Source: a virus (taxonomy: Duplodnaviria; Heunggongvirae; Uroviricota; Caudoviricetes). Taken from it: a stretch of 47,379 bases of DNA. The notes under the pieces are model-generated. The model saw only the letters and a list, made by a program, of their open reading frames with translations, ran no database searches and was not told the DNA's origin. The stretch's first letter is position 1, and each line of letters opens with the position of its first letter. Made by a program: the position numbers and the translations under genes. Where the stretch lies: IMG/VR virus record IMGVR_UViG_2721755497_000004. One strand, written 5' to 3'. Positions 38,284-46,292 of this stretch are shown one piece after another.

Positions 38284-39369
38284 TTACCCCCTGAAGCCCG
38301 GCGGAATTTCGTTATCCGGTTCAGAAATATGATTCACACAACGCTGGTTGTTCGTGCCGCTTACCGGGAGCAACCAGTGGTTCTCAAAATTCCGGTCCGG
38401 TCCAAAAAACGTCGTCGCTCGCTGAACAAATTCCGTTCCCGTTTTCCCGGTAGCCGCCAAGTATCTTGCGTAACGCCTCACGCCATCCAGCATGGCCTCT
38501 GGTGGCACCCCCTCGCGTAATCTGGCCTTCCAGGCACTGAAAGCGGATTTCTTCGGGTTTGCCCCGGCACGCAACGGGTATTCCCGCCAGACCTGTTCGA
38601 ACACATCCGGATAATCCACTCGTCCCACAGGCTGCCCGGTGTTTTCCGGGACTACCTGATCGGCTTCCCGCTGAATGGCGGAATCGGCTTCAGGCTGCTG
38701 CAGTTGGTGTGATTGTTCCGGCCTTGCGGTCATCGCCTGCTGCACAGCGCCCGAATCGGCTTCCGGTGTCGTGCCTGCTGGCTGACCTGGATTGACGTTC
38801 TGAACATCCACTGCCTGGTTCGTGGCGATTTTTTCGCCATGAAGCATAGTATTTTTATCCTGATCCTGTTCTTTCTCCTGTTCCTGTTCTTGGCTTAGAA
38901 GCCCCTTTAAAGCCTCTTCGAAGCCCCTTGCTGAATTCCGGCGATTATTCCGCCTCACATCCAGATGGAAATCCGTTTTATATCTGTCGTAAAAGGCTGA
39001 CAGAAAGGCGTTTTCAGGTAATGATGCATACTCATTCCTGACACCTGCACAACGGTTATCTCCAGGCTTCAACGTTTCCCCAACCTGCCAGGCTGCCATT
39101 TCATGGACCCAGACCATCTCGGCATCATGGTCATAGCTACAAAAACCAGCTTCAACAGCCCTTTTAAGCCCCTTCGAAGCCCCTTCCGGACCAAGCCCGG
39201 TTTCATGAGCAAGGTACAAAACTGGCAGGTAATACAAACCCAACATATTTGCGTGAGGGGATGTCATCAGGTAAAAAGCAACAACTTGCGCTTCTGCACC
39301 CGCCTTTCTAAGTTCTCTCCCCGTTTCTCCCAGCCAGAATCGCGGGGAAACTTTTGCATAATCACGCAT
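38284..39369 (-). CDS. putative phage replication protein (YdaU-like)
   Basis: ~361 aa from the MRDYAKVSPRFWLGE Met (RBS GAGGTGA); lies downstream of the cro-like gene where O/P-type replication genes sit; Gln/Glu-rich linker. Confidence 0.45.
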   Translation of the reverse strand: MRDYAKVSPRFWLGETGRELRKAGAEAQVVAFYLMTSPHANMLGLYYLPVLYLAHETGLGPEGASKGLKRAVEAGFCSYDHDAEMVWVHEMAAWQVGETLKPGDNRCAGVRNEYASLPENAFLSAFYDRYKTDFHLDVRRNNRRNSARGFEEALKGLLSQEQEQEKEQDQDKNTMLHGEKIATNQAVDVQNVNPGQPAGTTPEADSGAVQQAMTARPEQSHQLQQPEADSAIQREADQVVPENTGQPVGRVDYPDVFEQVWREYPLRAGANPKKSAFSAWKARLREGVPPEAMLDGVRRYARYLAATGKTGTEFVQRATTFFGPDRNFENHWLLPVSGTNNQRCVNHISEPDNEIPPGFRG

Positions 39370-39448
39370 GTTCACCTCGTCTGGAGCCAAACCTTCCTCT
39401 GGTTATAATCTGTGATTCACCAATCAACAGAACCAGAGGAGGTTCGAC

Positions 39449-39844
39449 ATGGATTTTGCAACTATCACAAGTAGCGTTGTGTTGAGTGCGTGTGTTGCAG
39501 GCGTGGTTTCGCTGGTTAATGGTGCCTGGCAACGCAAATCGGAACGAACCATTGAAGCGCAACGCCGGGCTGCTGAAGCCAGAGCAAAAATAAGAGAAAT
39601 GGCTCTCACCCTCGCATTGAAAGAATGGGAGCTCCACCAAACCATATCGAAGGCAAAGGGGTATGGTGTCAGCGGCCCAGAAGTTTACGTCTTTCGATAC
39701 TTTCGTATGCTCAACCTGATGGAGGAAGACAAATTCACGATTGAAAATCTCAGACTGATCCAGTACGACTCCATGTGTGCTGTTGCAGCAATTCAGGCAG
39801 AGATCGAGCGATATCGGGAGAAAAACGGCCTCCCGATGCCATAA
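39449..39844 (+). CDS. hypothetical membrane-anchored coiled-coil protein (counter-oriented moron)
   Basis: 131-aa ORF with RBS GAGGAGG; N-terminal TM then charged helical region; opposite orientation inside the early-right operon. Confidence 0.5.
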   Translation: MDFATITSSVVLSACVAGVVSLVNGAWQRKSERTIEAQRRAAEARAKIREMALTLALKEWELHQTISKAKGYGVSGPEVYVFRYFRMLNLMEEDKFTIENLRLIQYDSMCAVAAIQAEIERYREKNGLPMP

Positions 39845-39848
39845 ACAA

Positions 39849-40070
39849 TCAGCGTTTTTCATATTTCCAAATCCTCATATCAGGCTTGCGCCCAATGAAC
39901 CGACGAAGACAATTTAAAGTCCATCGGGTGAAGTAATCCCTGAAACCAAAGAGATACCAGGTGAACAGATTCACGATAAAATGTCCGGCCAGAGCCCCAC
40001 CAATACCACAGGCAAGAACAGTAAAAAAATCAGGTAGATTCACAGCCCCCTCCGTCATTGTTAACGCCAT
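39849..40070 (-). CDS. hypothetical small membrane protein
   Basis: 73-aa ORF with ATG start and a hydrophobic core. Confidence 0.35.
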   Translation of the reverse strand: MALTMTEGAVNLPDFFTVLACGIGGALAGHFIVNLFTWYLFGFRDYFTRWTLNCLRRFIGRKPDMRIWKYEKR

Positions 40071-40078
40071 CCGTGCTT

Positions 40079-40504
40079 CTAGTGCATCACCACGGCATTT
40101 CCTGCCGGGCCACCACGGTTCATCTGATTGAAACCGGCAATCGCCACTGCGACAAAATCATCAGCGTCTCTCACCAGTCGTTCCCGCGTCTCCACCAGCT
40201 CCCGAAAATAGGCTGAACTGTGGCTGCGCATTCGGGCCACCAGCAAAGGTGGCATTGCCTTTTCGATCGCTGGTAACAACGCCTGAATTTTTTCAACAGC
40301 ATCAGGGGTGTCTTTCTCTACCCAGCGGAAAATTTTCTGGGTATTACGAGCTAGGGCTTCCGGATGGCTGTCGCCGTACAGTTCCGGAAATGTCATTCCC
40401 AGTTCAAAATACGCTTTGGTAATCTTCGCAGTTGGTACTTTCTCGCCATCCGGATGCGCCCAGGCATTCATCGCCATGCGGATGTGCTCATGGCTGATTT
40501 TCAT
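40079..40504 (-). CDS. ydaT: YdaT-like protein
   Basis: 141-aa ORF MKISHEHIRMAM..., directly downstream of and overlapping ydaS as in the Rac prophage. Confidence 0.55.
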   Translation of the reverse strand: MKISHEHIRMAMNAWAHPDGEKVPTAKITKAYFELGMTFPELYGDSHPEALARNTQKIFRWVEKDTPDAVEKIQALLPAIEKAMPPLLVARMRSHSSAYFRELVETRERLVRDADDFVAVAIAGFNQMNRGGPAGNAVVMH

Positions 40505-40811
40505 GAATCATTTGCCTCTTGATATTTCGGGTATGCTCGTTTTCGTCATTTGGTTGCTTCATCAACATATTCAGCGAATAGCATGACGAGCGTCGTAAGT
40601 ATGACCAGTCAACATCAGGACGAAGTTCTTCGCACAGAACACCACCTCTTGTTGCACGTTCAATTGCTGGACATCGCTCAGCAGGCAACTGACGTACACC
40701 TTTGATCCATTGATTTACGCTTGGAGGTGATACACCTAAAAGCCTAGCCATTGCAGATTGCCCACCGACAACAGCACACGCTCGTTTGAATGAATAGTTC
40801 TCTTTTTTCAT
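40488..40811 (-). CDS. ydaS: Cro-like HTH regulator YdaS
   Basis: MKKENYSFKRACAVVGGQSAMARLLGVSPPSVNQWIKGVRQLPAERCPAIERATRG..., HTH Cro/CI type; divergent from the repressor. Confidence 0.7.
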   Translation of the reverse strand: MKKENYSFKRACAVVGGQSAMARLLGVSPPSVNQWIKGVRQLPAERCPAIERATRGGVLCEELRPDVDWSYLRRSSCYSLNMLMKQPNDENEHTRNIKRQMIHENQP

Positions 40812-40842
40812 CGAATGAACTCCAAAAAAACACGAAACAATA

Positions 40843-40908
40843 TTAGGCGACGCCTAATGCAAATGTCAATAGGCGTCGCCTAACACAAATGAAGTAGGGA
40901 TTGCCTAA
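40843..40908. promoter_or_regulatory. operator region: palindromic TTAGGCGACGCCTAA sites between ydaS and racR
   Basis: Two near-perfect 15-bp palindromes (40843-40857, 40869-40883) and a third degenerate half-site (40895-40908). Confidence 0.5.
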
Positions 40909-40936
40909 TGCAATGAGCATAGGAGAGTATTAAGCA

Positions 40937-41413
40937 ATGCTTAGTGGTAAAGACTTAGGCCGAGCGATAGAGCAGGCCATTAACAAAAAAATTGCATCAG
41001 GATCCGTCAAATCAAAGGCGGAGGTAGCGCGTCACTTCAAAGTCCAACCACCATCAATCTATGATTGGATTAAGAAAGGTTCGATAAGTAAAGATAAACT
41101 TCCAGAGCTATGGCGTTTCTTTTCTGATGTGGTTGGCCCAGAGCATTGGGGGCTTAACGAATACCCCATACCAACCTCCCTCATTTCAGATACAAAAAGT
41201 GAACTTTTAGACATAAACAGCCTTTATCAAGCCGCCTCTGATGAAAAAAGAGCCATTGTGGCTTTTCTCTTATCAGAAAATGCCACGGAACCTAGTTGGG
41301 TTGATCATGACGTTCGCGCCTACATTGCCACAATGGAGATGAAGGTAGGTAAGTATTTGAAAGATCGAGAATCAGAACGGAAAAGCCAGAACATCACCAA
41401 AACGGGAACTTAA
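40937..41413 (+). CDS. racR: prophage repressor (RacR-like)
   Basis: 158-aa ORF, RBS AGGAGAG, N-terminal HTH (…SKAEVARHFKVQPPSIYDWIKKG…), divergently transcribed from ydaS. Confidence 0.65.
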   Translation: MLSGKDLGRAIEQAINKKIASGSVKSKAEVARHFKVQPPSIYDWIKKGSISKDKLPELWRFFSDVVGPEHWGLNEYPIPTSLISDTKSELLDINSLYQAASDEKRAIVAFLLSENATEPSWVDHDVRAYIATMEMKVGKYLKDRESERKSQNITKTGT

Positions 41414-41480
41414 ACTTATATGGTCTGATGGGAACTTCCTAGAGCCCGTTATCTAGCCCCCCATCACCTCTTCCACATAT

Positions 41481-41540
41481 CATCGCCTATTAGGTTTGCG
41501 TCAAAAACATTAGGCTAAGCCTATTGACAATTAATTAGGC
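41481..41540. promoter_or_regulatory. additional TTAGGC-type palindromic sites downstream of racR
   Basis: TTAGGCTAAGCCTAT palindrome at 41509-41523 and related half-sites. Confidence 0.35.
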
Positions 41541-41732
41541 ATTACCTATAGTTCTCCCATACCACCCCACCCCGCCCACAGAACACCGGGCAATACTTCG
41601 AGTTACCCGGCAGTGGTCAGGGGTTAAGTAGCCAGCCTGAGGCGTAAGAACATGACGGCAGGGTTCAACTTTAATAACTATGCAGCAGGTTTTTGTTCCG
41701 CTCCCCCGGCGTTAAGGGGAAATGAGGTCAAC

Positions 41733-41885
41733 ATGGATACGCTCAATCTTGGTAACAACGAATCTCTTGTATGCGGTGTGTTCCCTAACCAGGACGGCAC
41801 CTTCACCGCGATGACGTATACCAAAAGTAAAACGTTTAAAAACGCAGCTGGCGCGTATCGCTGGTTAGCAAGAAACTCTAACTAA
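41733..41885 (+). CDS. hypothetical small protein
   Basis: ~50 aa from the MDTLNLGNNES Met. Confidence 0.3.
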   Translation: MDTLNLGNNESLVCGVFPNQDGTFTAMTYTKSKTFKNAAGAYRWLARNSN

Positions 41886-41998
41886 TGAAGTCTGGTAGTT
41901 AAGGAATCCTCCACGGGGAGAACTGGTGCACACGCGCCGGACACAAGCAAGCATCCGGCATGCTCTTTAACAATCTGGATATCCATAACAGTAACAAT

Positions 41999-42556
41999 CT
42001 ACAGATTGCCGTTCAGTTTTCTGGCCAACTCCTCAATAGATGGAGGCGATACATAATCCGGATTTTTATTCATAAGAAACTGATTTTCACAGTAGAGGCA
42101 CCTGCTTTTATGAAAAAACTCATATTCTCTAACCGGGAATGGTTGAAGTATCGATACTATCTTTTGTCCAAAACATTTTGGACAAAGATGCATGATTATG
42201 CTGCCGCCGTTCACGGTTACCTCCTTCGAGTACACAAAAGTTCCCGACTCAAGTTGGTTAAGGATATAACCTTCCGTCTGAGCCTCAAAGTTTTCAAATT
42301 CTGCAATTTTAGCTTTGAGAGAAGCATTTATTTCTTGATAAGTGCCCACCAGCTCAACGAGAGACACGCATTCGCGCTGAATAGATGCAAGCTTTGAGTT
42401 CAGTTCACCAATAGCCGCATTTACTTCAGCTTGAGTTTTTGCCTCGTTCATTAGTTTTGCAATCTGAGCGGTTTCACGAATAGCCGTCATTGCTGCCGTT
42501 AATTCAGCGATCACATTCAATACTCTTATTGTTGTTGGGGATATCCAGATTAACAA
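41999..42556 (-). CDS. hypothetical coiled-coil protein with C-terminal zinc-ribbon (CPKC...CLYC)
   Basis: 185-aa AT-rich ORF counter-oriented within the leftward early region next to the repressor; exact start uncertain. Confidence 0.5.
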   Translation of the reverse strand: MLIWISPTTIRVLNVIAELTAAMTAIRETAQIAKLMNEAKTQAEVNAAIGELNSKLASIQRECVSLVELVGTYQEINASLKAKIAEFENFEAQTEGYILNQLESGTFVYSKEVTVNGGSIIMHLCPKCFGQKIVSILQPFPVREYEFFHKSRCLYCENQFLMNKNPDYVSPPSIEELARKLNGNL

Positions 42557-42864
42557 GATCCTTGTTGTTGGGGAATAACAGGTCCACCTCGCCTGACGTG
42601 GTTAAAAGCAGGCACACAACACGAAAGCGCTCGGCGAAGTTCGTCTCTCTGTACTTTGTCGTTAAATTTAATTCGACCGTGCGCTTCCGGTTGTGGCAAT
42701 CCGCGAAATAGCGCGGCGGTAAGTATGGCGGGGTTATTCCTTCCCCCATTGAGGACACCGGGTTGTCAGGTTGACCATACGCTTAAGTGACACCCCAGCC
42801 ACAACAACCTCTGTTATCACTTTTCTGGTGATTCGGCGGAAATGGATATCCGCCCTTTTTAAAG

Positions 42865-43020
42865 TGAATTTTGTGATGCGGTGAATGCGGCTATGCGCAC
42901 GCGGAACAGTTAAAACAAGCGGTCTTTTACTTCCGTAACAGACATCAACTAACAATCCGGCGTTAATTGTTAACTGGTTAACGTCATCTGGAGGCACCAG
43001 GCACCGCATCACAAAATTCA
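42865..43020. repeat. pair of perfect 19-bp inverted repeats (TGAATTTTGTGATGCGGTG / CACCGCATCACAAAATTCA) flanking 118 bp
   Basis: Exact reverse complements at 42865-42883 and 43002-43020; interior contains GTTAAC-type palindromes. Confidence 0.6.
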
Positions 43021-43037
43021 TTGTTGAGGACGCGATA

Positions 43038-43226
43038 ATGGAAACGTTATTACCAAACGTTAATACGTCTGAAGGTTGTTTTGAAATTGGTGTCAGTATC
43101 AGTAACCCTGCATTTACTGAAGATGCCATTAATAAGAGAAAACACGAACGGGAGTTATTAAATCAAATATGCATTGTTTCAATGCTGGCCCGTTTACGTC
43201 TGATGCAAAAAGGATACTGGCAATGA
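43038..43226 (+). CDS. hypothetical small protein
   Basis: 62-aa ORF starting right after the inverted-repeat structure; ATGA-coupled to the next ORF. Confidence 0.4.
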   Translation: METLLPNVNTSEGCFEIGVSISNPAFTEDAINKRKHERELLNQICIVSMLARLRLMQKGYWQ

Positions 43227-43414
43227 ATACAGCATTCGCACTCGTTCTGACAGTTTTTCTTAATACCGGCGAACCACTTGATCTTATTGTTGATATACGT
43301 GACTCAATGGAAGAATGCATGGCTGCCGCAGATGAACAGAAAATTCCCGGTAACTGTTATCCGGTAGATAAAGTTATTCGCATGGATAATAACAAAGTCC
43401 CGGCAGGGCTTTAA
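43223..43414 (+). CDS. hypothetical small protein with signal-peptide-like N-terminus
   Basis: ~63 aa MNTAFALVLTVFLNTGEPLD..., RBS AAAGGA. Confidence 0.45.
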   Translation: MNTAFALVLTVFLNTGEPLDLIVDIRDSMEECMAAADEQKIPGNCYPVDKVIRMDNNKVPAGL

Positions 43415-43504
43415 ACCAGCACCGTAATAAATATCCGGTTTCATTTTTATATGCCAGCAATGGCAGGGACTTGTTCACCCTAAAAATGGTTATGAGGTTT
43501 ATCA

Positions 43505-45961
43505 ATGAGCGCTGATAAAGAAGAAATTGCACTATATTACGAAGCCAAAAATGACAAAGTCAGAAAACGTCTTGGGATTAAAGGCGGTTTTTACTGGCGC
43601 ACAGCAAAAAAATTATCGGTTGCAATATCACGCGGTGTTGTCGCAATGGACGATGCTGGATTTGACGAAGAGGATTTTAAAAAACCTGTTCGCGTCCATT
43701 TACCCGTTGTGAATGACCTTCCTCCGGAAGGCGTGTTTGATACCGAATTCTGCAACCGATACGAAAAAGGCGGGGAAGATGGTATCACAATGGTACTTAT
43801 CGCGCCCTCACCTATCGCGCCCTCACCCTCTGTTCAGGACAAACCAGCCAGCACTGACAATACCAACGTCAACGGCGAAGACATGACTGAGATTGAGGAG
43901 AATATGCTCCTGCCGGTTTCAGGTCAGATTCTGCCTGTTCAATGGCTGGCACAGCACGGCAGCGAAAAACCGATCACACACGTTTCGCGGGGCGAACTGC
44001 GCGCATTACATAACGCACAGGATGAAAAACTTCCCGCCGTTACCGCGCTGGCCATCTCAAATAAAGCTGCGCAACTCGAACCGCTGGAAATTCGCGATCT
44101 CCACAAACTGGTTCGTGACACTGACAAGGTTTTCCCTAATCCTGGTAATTCAGACCTGGGGCTGATGACTGCTTTTTTCGAAGCATACCTGGGCGCTGAC
44201 TACACCGATCGCGGTCTGCTGACAAAAGAGTGGATGAAAGGAAATCGTGTTTCACGCATCACCCGCACGACTTCCGGTGCTAATGCCGGTGGAGGGAACA
44301 AAACCGATCGCAATCCGAATTTAGTACACACCCTCGACACACTGGATGTGGAGATTGCAGCAGCCACACTTCCGATGGATTTTAATATTTATGAAATTCC
44401 GGGCAGCATTTATCGTCGCGCAAAAGAAGTCGTCCTGAAAAAAGAAAGTCCGTTCAAAGAATGGTCCGCAGCACTTCGTGCAACCCCGGGTATTCTGGAC
44501 TATTCCCGCGCCGCTATTTTTGCACTTATCCGAAGCGCACACCCTGAATTTTATCACTACCCGGGACGCCTTCAGGGGTATATCAACGCCTATTTGACGG
44601 AAACTGATCACGAGACCCCCAGCAAGGAAACTCTCACAGCTGCCCGGCATACGCCGGAAAAAGATATCCTGGAAGAAATTAACCGCGAGGTGGTTACTGA
44701 GCGTGAAACAGAAAAAGAAAAACCACAACCATCTGACGCAATGGCAGGTGAACAGGCAACAACTGAAACAATGGAACAGGATACAACTGAACATTGCCAG
44801 GACGCGCAGTCGCTGGATGCTCAGTCGCAGGTGAGTTCCGCTAACCAATTAAAAGTCACCGCTGACGAAGTAAACAAAATTATGCAGGCAGCCAGTATCA
44901 GCCAGCCTGATGCCGATAAGTTGCTTGCTGTATCGCGTGGTGAATTTGTTGAAGGGATTAGCGATCCGAATGATCCTAAATGGGTGAAGGGGATTGAAAC
45001 CCGCGATTCTGTGAACCAGAACCAGCAAGAAACGGAACAGAACGACCAGAAAGCGGAACAAAACAGCCCAAATACGCAACAAAACGAGCCAGAAACGAAA
45101 CAACCTGAACCAGTAGTGCAACAAGAACCGGAAAAGATCTGCGCCGCCTGCGGTCAGAGCGGTGGCGGCAACTGCCCTGATTGTGGTGCGGTGATGGGCG
45201 ACGCAACATACCAGGAAACATTCGATGACAAGAACCAGGTTGAAGTTCAGGAAGACGATTCGGAGAAAATGGAAGGCGCTGAACATCCACACAAGGAGAA
45301 TGCTGGCAGCGCTCAGGACCACGCCAGCGATAGTGAAACTGACGAGACGGCAGATCCCTTAATTACGGTGAACAGTCATCACGTTATCACATCCACCAGC
45401 AGGACGTGTGACCATCTAATGATCGACCTTGAAACCATGGGAAAAAATCCTGATGCCCCGATTATCTCAATAGGTGCAATATTTTTCGATCCGCAAACCG
45501 GAGATATGGGACCGGAATTTAGTAAGACTGTCGATCTGGAAACTGCTGGCGGAGTCATTGATCGGGACACCATTAAATGGTGGCTTAAGCAATCACGCGA
45601 AGCGCAATCTGCCATTATGACCGATGAAATCCCGTTAGATGATGCACTGTTACAATTGCGGGAATTTATCGACGAAAACTCCGGTGAATTTTTTGTTCAG
45701 GTCTGGGGTAACGGTGCAACTTTCGACAACGTGATTTTACGCCGTTCATATGAACGGCAGGGGATCCCCTGCCCGTGGCGTTACACCAATGATCGCGATG
45801 TAAGAACGATGGTTGCTCTGGGACTGGTGATGGATTTCGACGCAAGAACGACTATTCCATTCGAAGGTGAACGCCATAACGCCCTGCACGATGCGCGTTA
45901 CCAGGCAAAATACGTTTCAGCCATCTGGCAAAAACTGATCCCGAGTCAGGCTGATTTTTAA
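43505..45961 (+). CDS. RecE-like prophage exonuclease with C-terminal DEDDh (DnaQ-like) 3'-5' exonuclease domain
   Basis: 818-aa ORF; N-terminal and central segments resemble the RecE non-catalytic region as recalled; C-terminal ~190 aa has Exo I (MIDLETMG), Exo II (WGNGATFD) and Exo III (HNALHDARY) motifs; acidic linker with CxxC...CxxC. Confidence 0.7.
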   Translation: MSADKEEIALYYEAKNDKVRKRLGIKGGFYWRTAKKLSVAISRGVVAMDDAGFDEEDFKKPVRVHLPVVNDLPPEGVFDTEFCNRYEKGGEDGITMVLIAPSPIAPSPSVQDKPASTDNTNVNGEDMTEIEENMLLPVSGQILPVQWLAQHGSEKPITHVSRGELRALHNAQDEKLPAVTALAISNKAAQLEPLEIRDLHKLVRDTDKVFPNPGNSDLGLMTAFFEAYLGADYTDRGLLTKEWMKGNRVSRITRTTSGANAGGGNKTDRNPNLVHTLDTLDVEIAAATLPMDFNIYEIPGSIYRRAKEVVLKKESPFKEWSAALRATPGILDYSRAAIFALIRSAHPEFYHYPGRLQGYINAYLTETDHETPSKETLTAARHTPEKDILEEINREVVTERETEKEKPQPSDAMAGEQATTETMEQDTTEHCQDAQSLDAQSQVSSANQLKVTADEVNKIMQAASISQPDADKLLAVSRGEFVEGISDPNDPKWVKGIETRDSVNQNQQETEQNDQKAEQNSPNTQQNEPETKQPEPVVQQEPEKICAACGQSGGGNCPDCGAVMGDATYQETFDDKNQVEVQEDDSEKMEGAEHPHKENAGSAQDHASDSETDETADPLITVNSHHVITSTSRTCDHLMIDLETMGKNPDAPIISIGAIFFDPQTGDMGPEFSKTVDLETAGGVIDRDTIKWWLKQSREAQSAIMTDEIPLDDALLQLREFIDENSGEFFVQVWGNGATFDNVILRRSYERQGIPCPWRYTNDRDVRTMVALGLVMDFDARTTIPFEGERHNALHDARYQAKYVSAIWQKLIPSQADF

Positions 45962-46016
45962 TGTTCAACCGTCGCCAGTTGTAGTTGCTATTCTGCAACT
46001 GGCACATTCCGGAGTG

Positions 46017-46292
46017 ATGGCCATGAGCGAACAGTACCTGATAACGCTCGACGAGTGGAAACCTAAACGGTTCAGTCTCCCAATAACAAACACTACCCTG
46101 GTGAAATACGGAAAACTGGGATACATCGTTCCAAGGCCACAAAAAATCCGTGGGCGTTGGCTGATAGATCGCCGAGCAGTATTTGTGGGTCCTGCTGAAA
46201 CAGGAATTGCGCCGGAAATTCATACTGACGATGATGACGCACTGAAGGAGATTTTAACTCATGTCACCGAGGCCACGAAAAAACAGCACTGA
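46017..46292 (+). CDS. xis: excisionase (Xis-like)
   Basis: ~91-aa ORF immediately upstream of and overlapping int. Confidence 0.55.
   Translation: MAMSEQYLITLDEWKPKRFSLPITNTTLVKYGKLGYIVPRPQKIRGRWLIDRRAVFVGPAETGIAPEIHTDDDDALKEILTHVTEATKKQH

Noticed and set aside
39362-39862. 166-aa Cys-rich minus-strand ORF
   Set aside because: Overlaps antisense to the better-supported plus-strand 131-aa gene (strong RBS) and the start of the replication gene; composition looks like an out-of-frame translation.
41960-42397. 145-aa plus-strand ORF
   Set aside because: Antisense to the 185-aa minus-strand ORF in very AT-rich DNA; the minus frame has the more protein-like sequence (coiled coil plus zinc ribbon).
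44321-45322. Minus-strand ORFs (175, 157, 104 aa) within the RecE-like gene
   Set aside because: Antisense to an 818-aa ORF with recognisable exonuclease motifs; Cys/Phe-rich low-complexity translations.
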